In this document: positions 56,172 to 64,000 of the stretch, piece after piece
Layout: every line of letters starts with the position of its first letter
How positions within the stretch are numbered: position 1 is the first letter of the stretch
From: a virus
DNA length: 64,000 nucleotides
IMG/VR virus record: IMGVR_UViG_3300035183_000469
Location: 3,578-67,577 of that record
Reading direction: 5' to 3' (one strand)
Program-made: the position numbers and the translations under genes
Notes under the pieces: model-generated
Seen by the model: only the letters and a program-made list of their open reading frames with translations
The model's database searches: none
What the model was told of the DNA's origin: nothing

Positions 56172-56927
56172 TTATACCCACCATGACGCCCATCCGCCAT
56201 AGTACCTACCTGGTACTTTTTTGAACTTCCACGGATCGTTGGATACCGCCGCCGCCGTCGCCATCTCCCGCCGCGTTGGCATATTATCCATACCGCGCGC
56301 CTGCACACACAAATCCTTCCACCTGTCTTCCAATATCTTGTATTTCACATCACTAATCTTGCCCGTCAGCCAGTTCGACCGATTTAACTCCCAAAGACAA
56401 TATGCACGAATGGCATCGCGATGACTCTCCATAATCTCCGGATACCCCGCCTCATCTAATGGTATTGCAAAATAGTTGATCTGAACGGCTCCTGTCCTGA
56501 ATGGCGCCATGATATAGCACCCTTCAATACGGAAATCAGGACGTCTGCCCATGTAATAGCCCCATGCGCCATATGACCACGCACCGCATCCACACGACGA
56601 GCCAATGGCATTCGCCGATGATATGCCGCAATCACAAGAACAGGTACACGGAGATGCACCGCACGAACAGACACCCTGCATGGCACAATACTCAATCTCA
56701 TCACAATCATAATAATCCTTCGGCAAAACCGCCCGGTAATTAGATACCGTCAATGTAATCGGCACCGGAGGCTTTATTTCGTCCAACCACCGCCGCGTCT
56801 GAATCTTGCGCTCCGCCTCAAGCGCCATCTCGGCAATTAAATCAGTCATGCCTTCAATGTCCGTCCTGCCCGTGTCAAGCGACAAAAGCGGAACAAGGGT
56901 CTGAATGGATACTCTATTACCACCCAT
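56172..56927 (-). CDS. Tail ring / tubular protein
   Basis: V.NYRAVLP.D; F..G.VQINY.AIPLDEAGYP.I; W...C.QAR. Confidence 0.7.
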   Translation of the reverse strand: MGGNRVSIQTLVPLLSLDTGRTDIEGMTDLIAEMALEAERKIQTRRWLDEIKPPVPITLTVSNYRAVLPKDYYDCDEIEYCAMQGVCSCGASPCTCSCDCGISSANAIGSSCGCGAWSYGAWGYYMGRRPDFRIEGCYIMAPFRTGAVQINYFAIPLDEAGYPEIMESHRDAIRAYCLWELNRSNWLTGKISDVKYKILEDRWKDLCVQARGMDNMPTRREMATAAAVSNDPWKFKKVPGRYYGGWASWWV

Positions 56928-57044
56928 GATTTGTAACAGCCTGCTTTTGATTCTTATTATCTGTAACCCGGCTCCCCCACCTCACCACACTTCTTACATA
57001 AACACGAGGGAACTTAATAAGTGAATCTTTCTTCTTATTCTTCT

Positions 57045-57761
57045 TCATATAGATTGAGAATCATTTACTTCATCAGAAACTGTCTGCAAAAACACGCCGA
57101 TCTCATTATGCAAAATCGCCTGCTGAATATCTTCTGCCATCCTGCGCGAAACAGGATAATCGTCATCCGTATAACTAAACCCGCAACTTGACCCATCATC
57201 TGAAAAAGAACGTACCGCCGTCGGGTCTTCAAAAACGCCGGCAATGTTCACCCAACACAATTCCTTGTTTTGAGTGATGACATAAATGGTTTGGCCTACC
57301 ATCGTCCAAAAAGTAACGGCGCCGGCAAACCGAAGCGAAAGCCGCCCGCGCAATGTTTCACGAGAAACATAATGAAAATTCTCCGAGTCCAAACTTAACC
57401 CCTTGCCTATCGTGCCAACATACGTTACCGCAGCCATCCCGGGCAAATCAATAAACTTCGGCACGTTAGATACCTTCTTCACCAAACACCCCCATGGCAC
57501 ATTGGCACATTCCGACTGGTCGGCTTCTTCCAGCTTCACACACCCCAAGTCCTGAACAGTCTGCGGGTCAATCTCCGGATTAATCGGGTTGTGCATAAAC
57601 GCATTGGCATAAATAAACTCAGCACGATAGTGATGAATAAGATAGGCAATATGCATTGGATTCCATCGCTCGTCATCAGAAGGGACGCCGCCGGCTCTTG
57701 CCGTCCGGATAATGGAATCCACCATAGACTGTAATGTAAGTTTTGATTTCGAGACCGCCAT
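57045..57761 (-). CDS. Tail ring protein (crAss-like)
   Basis: SDDE....I.Y.I..YRA; QDLGCV.LE..D..EC; GVFEDP; YP.S. Confidence 0.75.
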   Translation of the reverse strand: MAVSKSKLTLQSMVDSIIRTARAGGVPSDDERWNPMHIAYLIHHYRAEFIYANAFMHNPINPEIDPQTVQDLGCVKLEEADQSECANVPWGCLVKKVSNVPKFIDLPGMAAVTYVGTIGKGLSLDSENFHYVSRETLRGRLSLRFAGAVTFWTMVGQTIYVITQNKELCWVNIAGVFEDPTAVRSFSDDGSSCGFSYTDDDYPVSRRMAEDIQQAILHNEIGVFLQTVSDEVNDSQSI

Positions 57762-57772
57762 CTTGCCAACTC

Positions 57773-57808
57773 AAAAAAGGGGCGGGAGAACTCCCAAAAC
57801 TCCCGCCC
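57773..57808 (-). terminator. Intrinsic terminator after the capsid block
   Basis: GGGCGGGAG-loop-CTCCCGCCC(C) followed by T6 on the minus strand. Confidence 0.8.
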
Positions 57809-57854
57809 AACCAAAGAAACAAACACAACGAAACAACAAATATCATAACGGAAA

Positions 57855-58703
57855 TCAGGAACAGAACGTGCTCTGCTTTCCGATGTAATCACCAAGAGTC
57901 AGGGCGCCGCTTGTCGAACCGGCAAGAATAGCCTGGAGCGCATTGGCACCGGTAAGAATATCCGACTCTGCGGCGCCACCATCCTCAACAAAAACCCAAC
58001 ACTCCTTCAACACATAACACTTACATTTGGGCTGCTGGGTCGTCGAGTCGGCAGTACCCCAATACGATATACGCACCGCATTGTATGTCGCCGACTGGTC
58101 AATAAGGTCTGACGGAACGCCCATCGCCTCAAGGTCTTCCGGACGACCAAACGGATTCACGTTAGCCACGGTAACCGCCGTGGTAATGGCGCCGCTGACC
58201 GATGCCGATACCGACGTATGGAAATCAATTCCTGCCTCGTCTGCAACCAGCGTAATAACCCCGGCCACATTACTTGCTGTAACCGGAATCAACGGGTTGG
58301 CATTTATTGCATTTTTCAACCGTGTGGCAATCGTCGTCACGGTGTCCGGAGCATCCCCCTGACCAATCACCTCAAAGGTTTCCTCTTGCCATTGACCACA
58401 GGCGATGTTCCACCGGATCGTAATGCCATAGGAAATCGTATTGCCACAGCAAGATGAAGACGGGGCGGTCACAACCGTTACCGTTGACTGCTTGGCAGTA
58501 CCGGCTGTATAACAAATCTTTGCCGCACCATCGCCACCGCAAAGAATGTTGGTGTAGCAAATTTTTAACTGATTTGTTCCATCATCCAGCGTAAGCTGCC
58601 CGTTTTTGAGAACGGGGGTTTGGTACTCCGCAGGAGAGGAATCGTTGAATACTAAATAACAGCTTACAGGATTGCAGCTGTTTGGATTAACAAAGGTTGC
58701 CAT
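57855..58703 (-). CDS. Auxiliary capsid / structural protein
   Basis: IATRLKNAINA..PVTAS...VITL motif; Thr/Ala/Cys-rich; in the capsid block. Confidence 0.6.
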   Translation of the reverse strand: MATFVNPNSCNPVSCYLVFNDSSPAEYQTPVLKNGQLTLDDGTNQLKICYTNILCGGDGAAKICYTAGTAKQSTVTVVTAPSSSCCGNTISYGITIRWNIACGQWQEETFEVIGQGDAPDTVTTIATRLKNAINANPLIPVTASNVAGVITLVADEAGIDFHTSVSASVSGAITTAVTVANVNPFGRPEDLEAMGVPSDLIDQSATYNAVRISYWGTADSTTQQPKCKCYVLKECWVFVEDGGAAESDILTGANALQAILAGSTSGALTLGDYIGKQSTFCS

Positions 58704-58728
58704 TTGAAAAAATTTTGTGAATTAGAAA

Positions 58729-59370
58729 TTATCGCTGCAACGCAATCTCATTCTGCTCTATCGAATACCTGTTGAAATCATCGGCCGCCTCCATGATTTT
58801 ACGCTTGAAAATTTTACCCACCTCAAGACATATCGGACGCTTGCTTCCAAATTCAGGCTCCAACCCAAGTTCAGTGGACGACGGAGCATATGGCTGCTTA
58901 ATGTAATACATCCGATACCCAACAGGCACCGTATCACTTATCACCTCTATGGTTCTGACATCCCCGTTTCGATACTCGATATACTGCGGATAATAGTCAT
59001 CCGGACGCTCAAAGGTATCAATCAAAGAACGAAAATGCTTGTCCATCTTCTGAGGTTTAATCGGCCTCGTCATCGTCTTCGCCGCATCACATGGATCGGT
59101 AAAAACGCCGGCAAGCTCAAACACATACAAAAACCCGTCTATGGACGTAAGATTAATAATGTTCGTCCCACCGGACGGCTCGTATGGACGAACAAAATCA
59201 ATCAAGTCCTGACGTCGCCGCTCATTACGCTCCCCCTCCATGTATGCCTGTGACACAAACTCAATGATGGCATCATAAAGGATAACCGCCTCGCGATCCG
59301 GGTCAAAAAACGGCATCCGATACTGGTCAATCTCAATGTTGGCATAGTCAATGATCTGTTGATACGTCAC
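58729..59370 (-). CDS. Head-tail ring/adaptor protein
   Basis: E..ERRRQDL..., D.F.RP, Y...YIKQP pattern of crAss ring proteins. Confidence 0.65.
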   Translation of the reverse strand: MTYQQIIDYANIEIDQYRMPFFDPDREAVILYDAIIEFVSQAYMEGERNERRRQDLIDFVRPYEPSGGTNIINLTSIDGFLYVFELAGVFTDPCDAAKTMTRPIKPQKMDKHFRSLIDTFERPDDYYPQYIEYRNGDVRTIEVISDTVPVGYRMYYIKQPYAPSSTELGLEPEFGSKRPICLEVGKIFKRKIMEAADDFNRYSIEQNEIALQR

Positions 59371-59371
59371 G

Positions 59372-60118
59372 CTACTTCATTGAATTGAGTTCTGTCACAA
59401 TCCCAACATACTCATTCGGGTTGTCTCTGCACCACTTGACGGCCTGAGCAAGATTCCCACCGAGATAAACCTGTCCATAATAAAAGACACCGGGGCTCTT
59501 CTCTGTGATAACCTTCTTTGCAGCGCCAACCAAAATGGTTGTCTTATACTCAAAATCTTCATCATCAATAACCTTGAGCACATCTTGCGGACTGGAACGG
59601 ACACGATCATAAATAGCCGCCTTTACGTCGTTGCTTCTGGCACCATTGACTTCAATGCCACCAAGATTCAACGCCAGCGCCTGCAACTTGATCGGGTCTG
59701 ACAGGTACGGGGTAATCTTTGCCCGAACCATATACTCCTTCTCTTCGGCAGTAACCCGCTCATCTACCTGCTTGGCTCCATCCGTAATCTTCACCTTGCT
59801 TCCAAGACGCTTGCGAATGTCAAAGGCACGGATATAATCCGCTTTTGCCTTGCCCTCTTCTGTTCGCAAATCAAGACGAAATGTAGGCGCCGTAATCACA
59901 ATGTCCTCCGGCTCATTCGTAAACGGAGACCGATACTGAACCAACCTGCCATTGGCATCACGAAACCCGCTTTTGTCAAGATAAATTGGGTTTGACAATC
60001 TTGGATTCTCAAATTCAATAATGTAATACCCGGCATTGCTGTCGTTAATCAACTTAACAGCAGGAATGGGGAGACCGCTTACAACCCCCCCACCCGTAGT
60101 CTGTTGTTTACCTGTCAT
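59372..60118 (-). CDS. Conserved crAss-like protein downstream of the major capsid gene
   Basis: LDL..., P..VL...DD...K..I..., G...LG....AV.W...N. Confidence 0.6.
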   Translation of the reverse strand: MTGKQQTTGGGVVSGLPIPAVKLINDSNAGYYIIEFENPRLSNPIYLDKSGFRDANGRLVQYRSPFTNEPEDIVITAPTFRLDLRTEEGKAKADYIRAFDIRKRLGSKVKITDGAKQVDERVTAEEKEYMVRAKITPYLSDPIKLQALALNLGGIEVNGARSNDVKAAIYDRVRSSPQDVLKVIDDEDFEYKTTILVGAAKKVITEKSPGVFYYGQVYLGGNLAQAVKWCRDNPNEYVGIVTELNSMK

Positions 60119-60143
60119 CAGCTTTTATTTATCTGTTAAAAAA

Positions 60144-61541
60144 TCAAACTGAACGAATCCACCGGAACACCCGATTCGGCTTGCGAAGAACAATCATATC
60201 CTCGCTAAGGAAATGAAAGGTCTTACCGTCATACCCGTTTGACGAAATTCCGTTTTTAGTCATAATCCCCGGCTCTTCGGAAATCACCATCGAGCGATTC
60301 ACTCCGTTGAAGTTGCGAACCACACGCTGCACAGTAGGAATACCATCATCGGTGTCACGAACAATTCCATAGAAATTGAACGACCTCGTCGGGAACCCTG
60401 TCTGACCATCGAGTTTTGTATTGTAATTCGGGTCAGAAAGAACCGGATTCTTGTACACTTTAATGCTGCAATCGTTGATGAAATATTCGGTAATATCAGC
60501 CCCTACCATCACAATACGGGCGCTGTTTGCATCCGTATTCAGACGAAGCTGAGACTGAATATAGTTCTTCATCGCCTTCTGAAACAATGAATAACCACCC
60601 GAACCGGTATGCACATCAACGCTGCAACTGGCAAGACCGGCATTATAGACAAACTTGGCCAACTGATCCTGAATCCATGATTCCACAAAATCGGAAATGG
60701 AATACGTCGCAGTGGTTGTATTGCTTATCTGCTGCTCAAAACCATTGCCGGTGTACATGGGATTGCCCGTCTGAGGGTCTGTCGAAACAGCCTTTCCGCT
60801 CAGGATATTGGAGACACCGTCCCAAAACAGCTTCTCCTTTTCATACAAAAATCCAGAATCGGAACGCATGAAGTTGTTATAGAACCATTGGCTGTCTGTT
60901 CCAACATAGAACTTCGCATCGCCAATCCCAAGCCATGTACCGCTGGCAGCTGCCGAGCCGGTGACCGTTCTGTCGTAACGGGTAATCGTAGTGTAATTGG
61001 TGATGAGATCAGGATACTGAATTGTTCCATACGCACGTACAGAACCCTCCCCATAAATCTGAGCTCCTACACCAAACTTGTCTCCGGAAGCATAATCACC
61101 AGAGTTCCATGTAAGACCCGGCGCAACAAATTTGACCGTATAGTCATACCCACCGGATGAAGGTGTTGGACTCGACTGAATTTGAAGAATCAAACCATCG
61201 GTTGTACGAAGCGTTTGATTCGGCTGACCATATCCTTCCGCACAACGAATAACAAACGGCGTATTGTTTGCCCCTGAGCCACTCACCGTTGATAAATATG
61301 TCAACGGATTGTCCCCACGACCCAAAACAAAATAACTCTTATGGTTGTCATAAGTATACTCAGGCGACATCATCTGAAACGCCGATGTCGTTGAAAGCAA
61401 AGAAAAATATGGGAACGCAACATAAAGGTCTTCCGCAAAATCGGGACGCATCATGAGCGCTGTGATAAGATTCTGCTCTGTTGAAACCTGATTGGGAGAC
61501 TCTGTCCCGCGGCTCAACACGATTGCATTACCGTAATCCAA
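60144..61541 (-). CDS. Major capsid protein (HK97 fold, crAss-like)
   Basis: 465 aa after the scaffold; G.NNTPF; GEGS; NY.TI.R....TGSA; G.GF..QI; HTG.GG...F..A; DG...H.LSE. Confidence 0.85.
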   Translation of the reverse strand: MDYGNAIVLSRGTESPNQVSTEQNLITALMMRPDFAEDLYVAFPYFSLLSTTSAFQMMSPEYTYDNHKSYFVLGRGDNPLTYLSTVSGSGANNTPFVIRCAEGYGQPNQTLRTTDGLILQIQSSPTPSSGGYDYTVKFVAPGLTWNSGDYASGDKFGVGAQIYGEGSVRAYGTIQYPDLITNYTTITRYDRTVTGSAAASGTWLGIGDAKFYVGTDSQWFYNNFMRSDSGFLYEKEKLFWDGVSNILSGKAVSTDPQTGNPMYTGNGFEQQISNTTTATYSISDFVESWIQDQLAKFVYNAGLASCSVDVHTGSGGYSLFQKAMKNYIQSQLRLNTDANSARIVMVGADITEYFINDCSIKVYKNPVLSDPNYNTKLDGQTGFPTRSFNFYGIVRDTDDGIPTVQRVVRNFNGVNRSMVISEEPGIMTKNGISSNGYDGKTFHFLSEDMIVLRKPNRVFRWIRSV

Positions 61542-61572
61542 TGTAGTAAAATTTTGTTGTTACAAAAAATAA

Positions 61573-62676
61573 TCACCGCCTCGGTATCATACCACCGGCT
61601 TTTGCACGGATGGCCGCCTTAGCCTTATCTACATTGCTGTCAAGGGTATCCTTTTTTTCTTCCCTTGGTGCTGAACCAGCACGACCGCCGATAGCAGGGT
61701 CGGCGTTATTTAGCTTTGACTTATACTTCTGGACGATTTTGTTCGCCCCGGCACGAGCGCCTTGCTCAAACCAATAATTGCGCACTTTCGCAAAATCTCG
61801 TTTGAGCCGCATTAGCTGCAAGTATTCATCCGGATTCTCAAGCACCTTGTCAAACTCACGAGACAGTATCTCGTCGGCAAACTTCCCGTTTTCCTGTTTG
61901 TCTATCGGTACGCCATAAACCTTATCCATCTTCATCACCCGTGAACGAATATCGTTCTCAAACTGAGACCTGATGGAATCGGCCTGCGCCCTGCGCTGCT
62001 CGATAACCGATTCAATTTTCTTGCGCTCATTACGCAAAGACACTCGTATGTGAAGGGCTTCATTTTTGATCTGCTCCTTGTTCTGCGACTTTTCCAAATT
62101 GTCGAGATACTGAGCAGCTTCCTCATCTGAATACCCTTCGTATTTACGCACCGCAGCAATCAATTCGCGGTCATCAAGCGCAAGCGCCTGATCTATCTCC
62201 CGGAGCGGCTCCGTTTCCTCTGTGTAGGATGAGGCGGACTTAATCTTCGCTGCGACACCTCGCTCAAGGTCATCCAGCGTTTCGGCTTTAATCCCAAGCC
62301 GTCCGGCAATTTCTTTTATCGCAACAAGAGAAGGCTCTTCCCTGCTGCCAGACGATGTGTCGCCGGCATCGCCATCCGATACATCGTCTATTTTTAACTC
62401 ATCAATAAGTCGGCGCAGATCGTCGTCTATCTCCACGTCCGAAGCAACGGGATCAGCTTCCACGGGCTTAGACGAATCCGTTTGAATATCCGTTCCTCCA
62501 TCCGGAAAGTCATCACCCGTTTTCTGCACAGGCTTGTCATCAATCTCTTTTTTGACCGACACACCACGCATCTTTTCCTGTGCCTTATTTACCATATCAT
62601 CAATAGTAGGCACAGCCGCCGGAGAACTTTCATTAGTCTCCGAAACCACAGATGTGTCAACAGGATTTTCTGCCAT
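61573..62676 (-). CDS. Capsid scaffolding protein (putative)
   Basis: Acidic disordered N-terminus, coiled coil, immediately upstream of the MCP. Confidence 0.7.
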   Translation of the reverse strand: MAENPVDTSVVSETNESSPAAVPTIDDMVNKAQEKMRGVSVKKEIDDKPVQKTGDDFPDGGTDIQTDSSKPVEADPVASDVEIDDDLRRLIDELKIDDVSDGDAGDTSSGSREEPSLVAIKEIAGRLGIKAETLDDLERGVAAKIKSASSYTEETEPLREIDQALALDDRELIAAVRKYEGYSDEEAAQYLDNLEKSQNKEQIKNEALHIRVSLRNERKKIESVIEQRRAQADSIRSQFENDIRSRVMKMDKVYGVPIDKQENGKFADEILSREFDKVLENPDEYLQLMRLKRDFAKVRNYWFEQGARAGANKIVQKYKSKLNNADPAIGGRAGSAPREEKKDTLDSNVDKAKAAIRAKAGGMIPRR

Positions 62677-62740
62677 AATCTATCTTATCGGACGTAAATA
62701 TAATACATTTCAAACAAAACAACATAACATATTATCAACA

Positions 62741-63016
62741 CTACTTAAAAACACCAGACAAAAACCGAACCACAGAAGCATTAAAATAACCGGCGATTGC
62801 AGCCGCAGCTAAACTGTTCTTTACATCCATAATGGATGGTAAGACAAAATACGCCACACCACCCATCGCCACGGACGCTAAAATAGCCAATGCATTTGAC
62901 TGAACATACTTCAAAAAAATGAAGTGACGCTTATACTTCACCTTCGTATTGTAGATTTTAGTAATCCAATAAGCTATTAGTCCGAGAAAAAAAACCGAAA
63001 TGGATTCAATTGTCAT
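62741..63016 (-). CDS. Holin-like membrane protein
   Basis: Three hydrophobic segments in 91 aa. Confidence 0.5.
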   Translation of the reverse strand: MTIESISVFFLGLIAYWITKIYNTKVKYKRHFIFLKYVQSNALAILASVAMGGVAYFVLPSIMDVKNSLAAAAIAGYFNASVVRFLSGVFK

Positions 63017-63420
63017 GTTCGCCTTTTTTTAAGGTTTGTTACATCTTCTTTTACGCCTTTGAGCTCGCCCCGTATCTCATGTAAGTCTTCGGCAATACCG
63101 GAAACCTGACTGCTTACATTGTCTATCCGGCGATTGATACTTCCAATCTCCGACTTATTGGCATTCATCGCCACTTTCAGTTCAACCGTTTCTATGCGAA
63201 GCGAATCAACACTTCTCCGTAAGTTTATGATCTCTTTCACGCCAAGACCACATATAAAGGTTAAAAGAGTAATCAGCAGATATTTTACGATTTCATACAG
63301 ATGCATGTCCACAGTAACCGTAGGCACCTGCAACACATAAAGAGTAACCAGAATAATTATAGGCGCAATCATTAACAACAAGTTTGAGTTTGCATATTTA
63401 ACTGTCCCCAGAGCCATCAT
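63013..63420 (-). CDS. Membrane protein with C-terminal coiled coil (holin/spanin-like)
   Basis: Two TM segments followed by heptad repeats. Confidence 0.5.
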   Translation of the reverse strand: MMALGTVKYANSNLLLMIAPIIILVTLYVLQVPTVTVDMHLYEIVKYLLITLLTFICGLGVKEIINLRRSVDSLRIETVELKVAMNANKSEIGSINRRIDNVSSQVSGIAEDLHEIRGELKGVKEDVTNLKKRRT

Positions 63421-63549
63421 AATGCATCAATTTAATCAGAGGCGCTCTGGGGTTCGACCTCCAACCAAAACACAGCACCATGTCAACAGTCCTATGTATG
63501 GTGCACCAATTCCTGTATGTGCAAGCGCCTTATTCCTTAAAATAAAAAA

Positions 63550-63792
63550 TCACGTCACTATTTTGACAATCCTGTCAATAAATGCATCCCCCTTTTCATT
63601 TGTGTACTTCTTCCACACAACTAAATTCTTGGCTATCTCCGGCATAATATCGCCCACAACATCCTCAAAGGTAATCTCCTTACCTTCATACTTCTCAGCC
63701 ATCGTATTAAATAGCTGAGCCCCTACATTGATGTCCTGCGTCACCTGACTGATCCTGGTCAGGACTTCCAGAATGTTTATTTTGTTTCCCAT
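63550..63792 (-). CDS. Hypothetical protein
   Basis: Operon ORF. Confidence 0.5.
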   Translation of the reverse strand: MGNKINILEVLTRISQVTQDINVGAQLFNTMAEKYEGKEITFEDVVGDIMPEIAKNLVVWKKYTNEKGDAFIDRIVKIVT

Positions 63793-63793
63793 A

Positions 63794-63991
63794 TCACTTA
63801 TGTTTTACAAATGAAATCGAACGCGGCGACACCGCTCCATCTGCCTCATAAAACATCGAAGAATCGGTGCTGTTTAGTAGATTACTCACCGACCACCCCT
63901 CTACACTGCCATCCACAATAAAAATTTCATCGCTAAAGTTTAATACCTCAGTAATCGAAGCGCCGTCGGCATACGTGAACCGCCATGCCAC
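63794..63991 (-). CDS. Hypothetical protein
   Basis: Operon ORF. Confidence 0.45.
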   Translation of the reverse strand: MAWRFTYADGASITEVLNFSDEIFIVDGSVEGWSVSNLLNSTDSSMFYEADGAVSPRSISFVKHK

Positions 63992-64000
63992 AATCTTCGG

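Noticed and set aside
63430-63470. tRNA-like fragment (TTTAATCAGAGG...GGTTCGACC...ACCA)
   Set aside because: I could not build an acceptor stem or D-arm, and it is antisense to the late operon.
33600-63991. Stop-codon reassignment as seen in some crAss-like phages
   Set aside because: Late genes are full length and tightly packed under the standard code, and TAG, TGA and TAA all end genes.

Overview
This window is most of the genome of a tailed dsDNA phage with a Crassvirales (crAss)-like podovirus virion module. The minus strand carries the portal N-terminus (1-530), TerS/TerL, scaffold, major capsid protein, ring and tail-stabilisation proteins and three large virion/ejection proteins. TAnnTTTG promoters and A-rich, SD-less starts point to a Bacteroidota host. 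The standard genetic code is used, and I see no DNA polymerase, primase, integrase or virion RNA polymerase. Gene order at the two ends suggests a circularly permuted genome only slightly longer than the window. The plus-strand early/middle region (about 14.3-33.6 kb) holds the most unusual features. (i) An RNA-rich start: palindromic IHF-like sites, a sigma54-type promoter, a structured leader, a boxA-like element, one ORF enclosed in a 30-bp long-range stem, a ~680-nt densely structured non-coding RNA, a terminator and a complete hammerhead ribozyme. (ii) An AT-rich array of integron-like gene cassettes with attC-like sites but no integrase, where ORFs start inside the attC loops. (iii) A C5 methyltransferase split over two overlapping frames. 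Also notable are a parS-like site next to a RepL-like gene, a putative virion-glycosylation cluster beside a Ser/Ala-rich fibre, and a 3089-aa polyvalent protein with two HExxH motifs and 17 variable 20-aa repeats. All product calls come from motif recognition by eye, not database searches.
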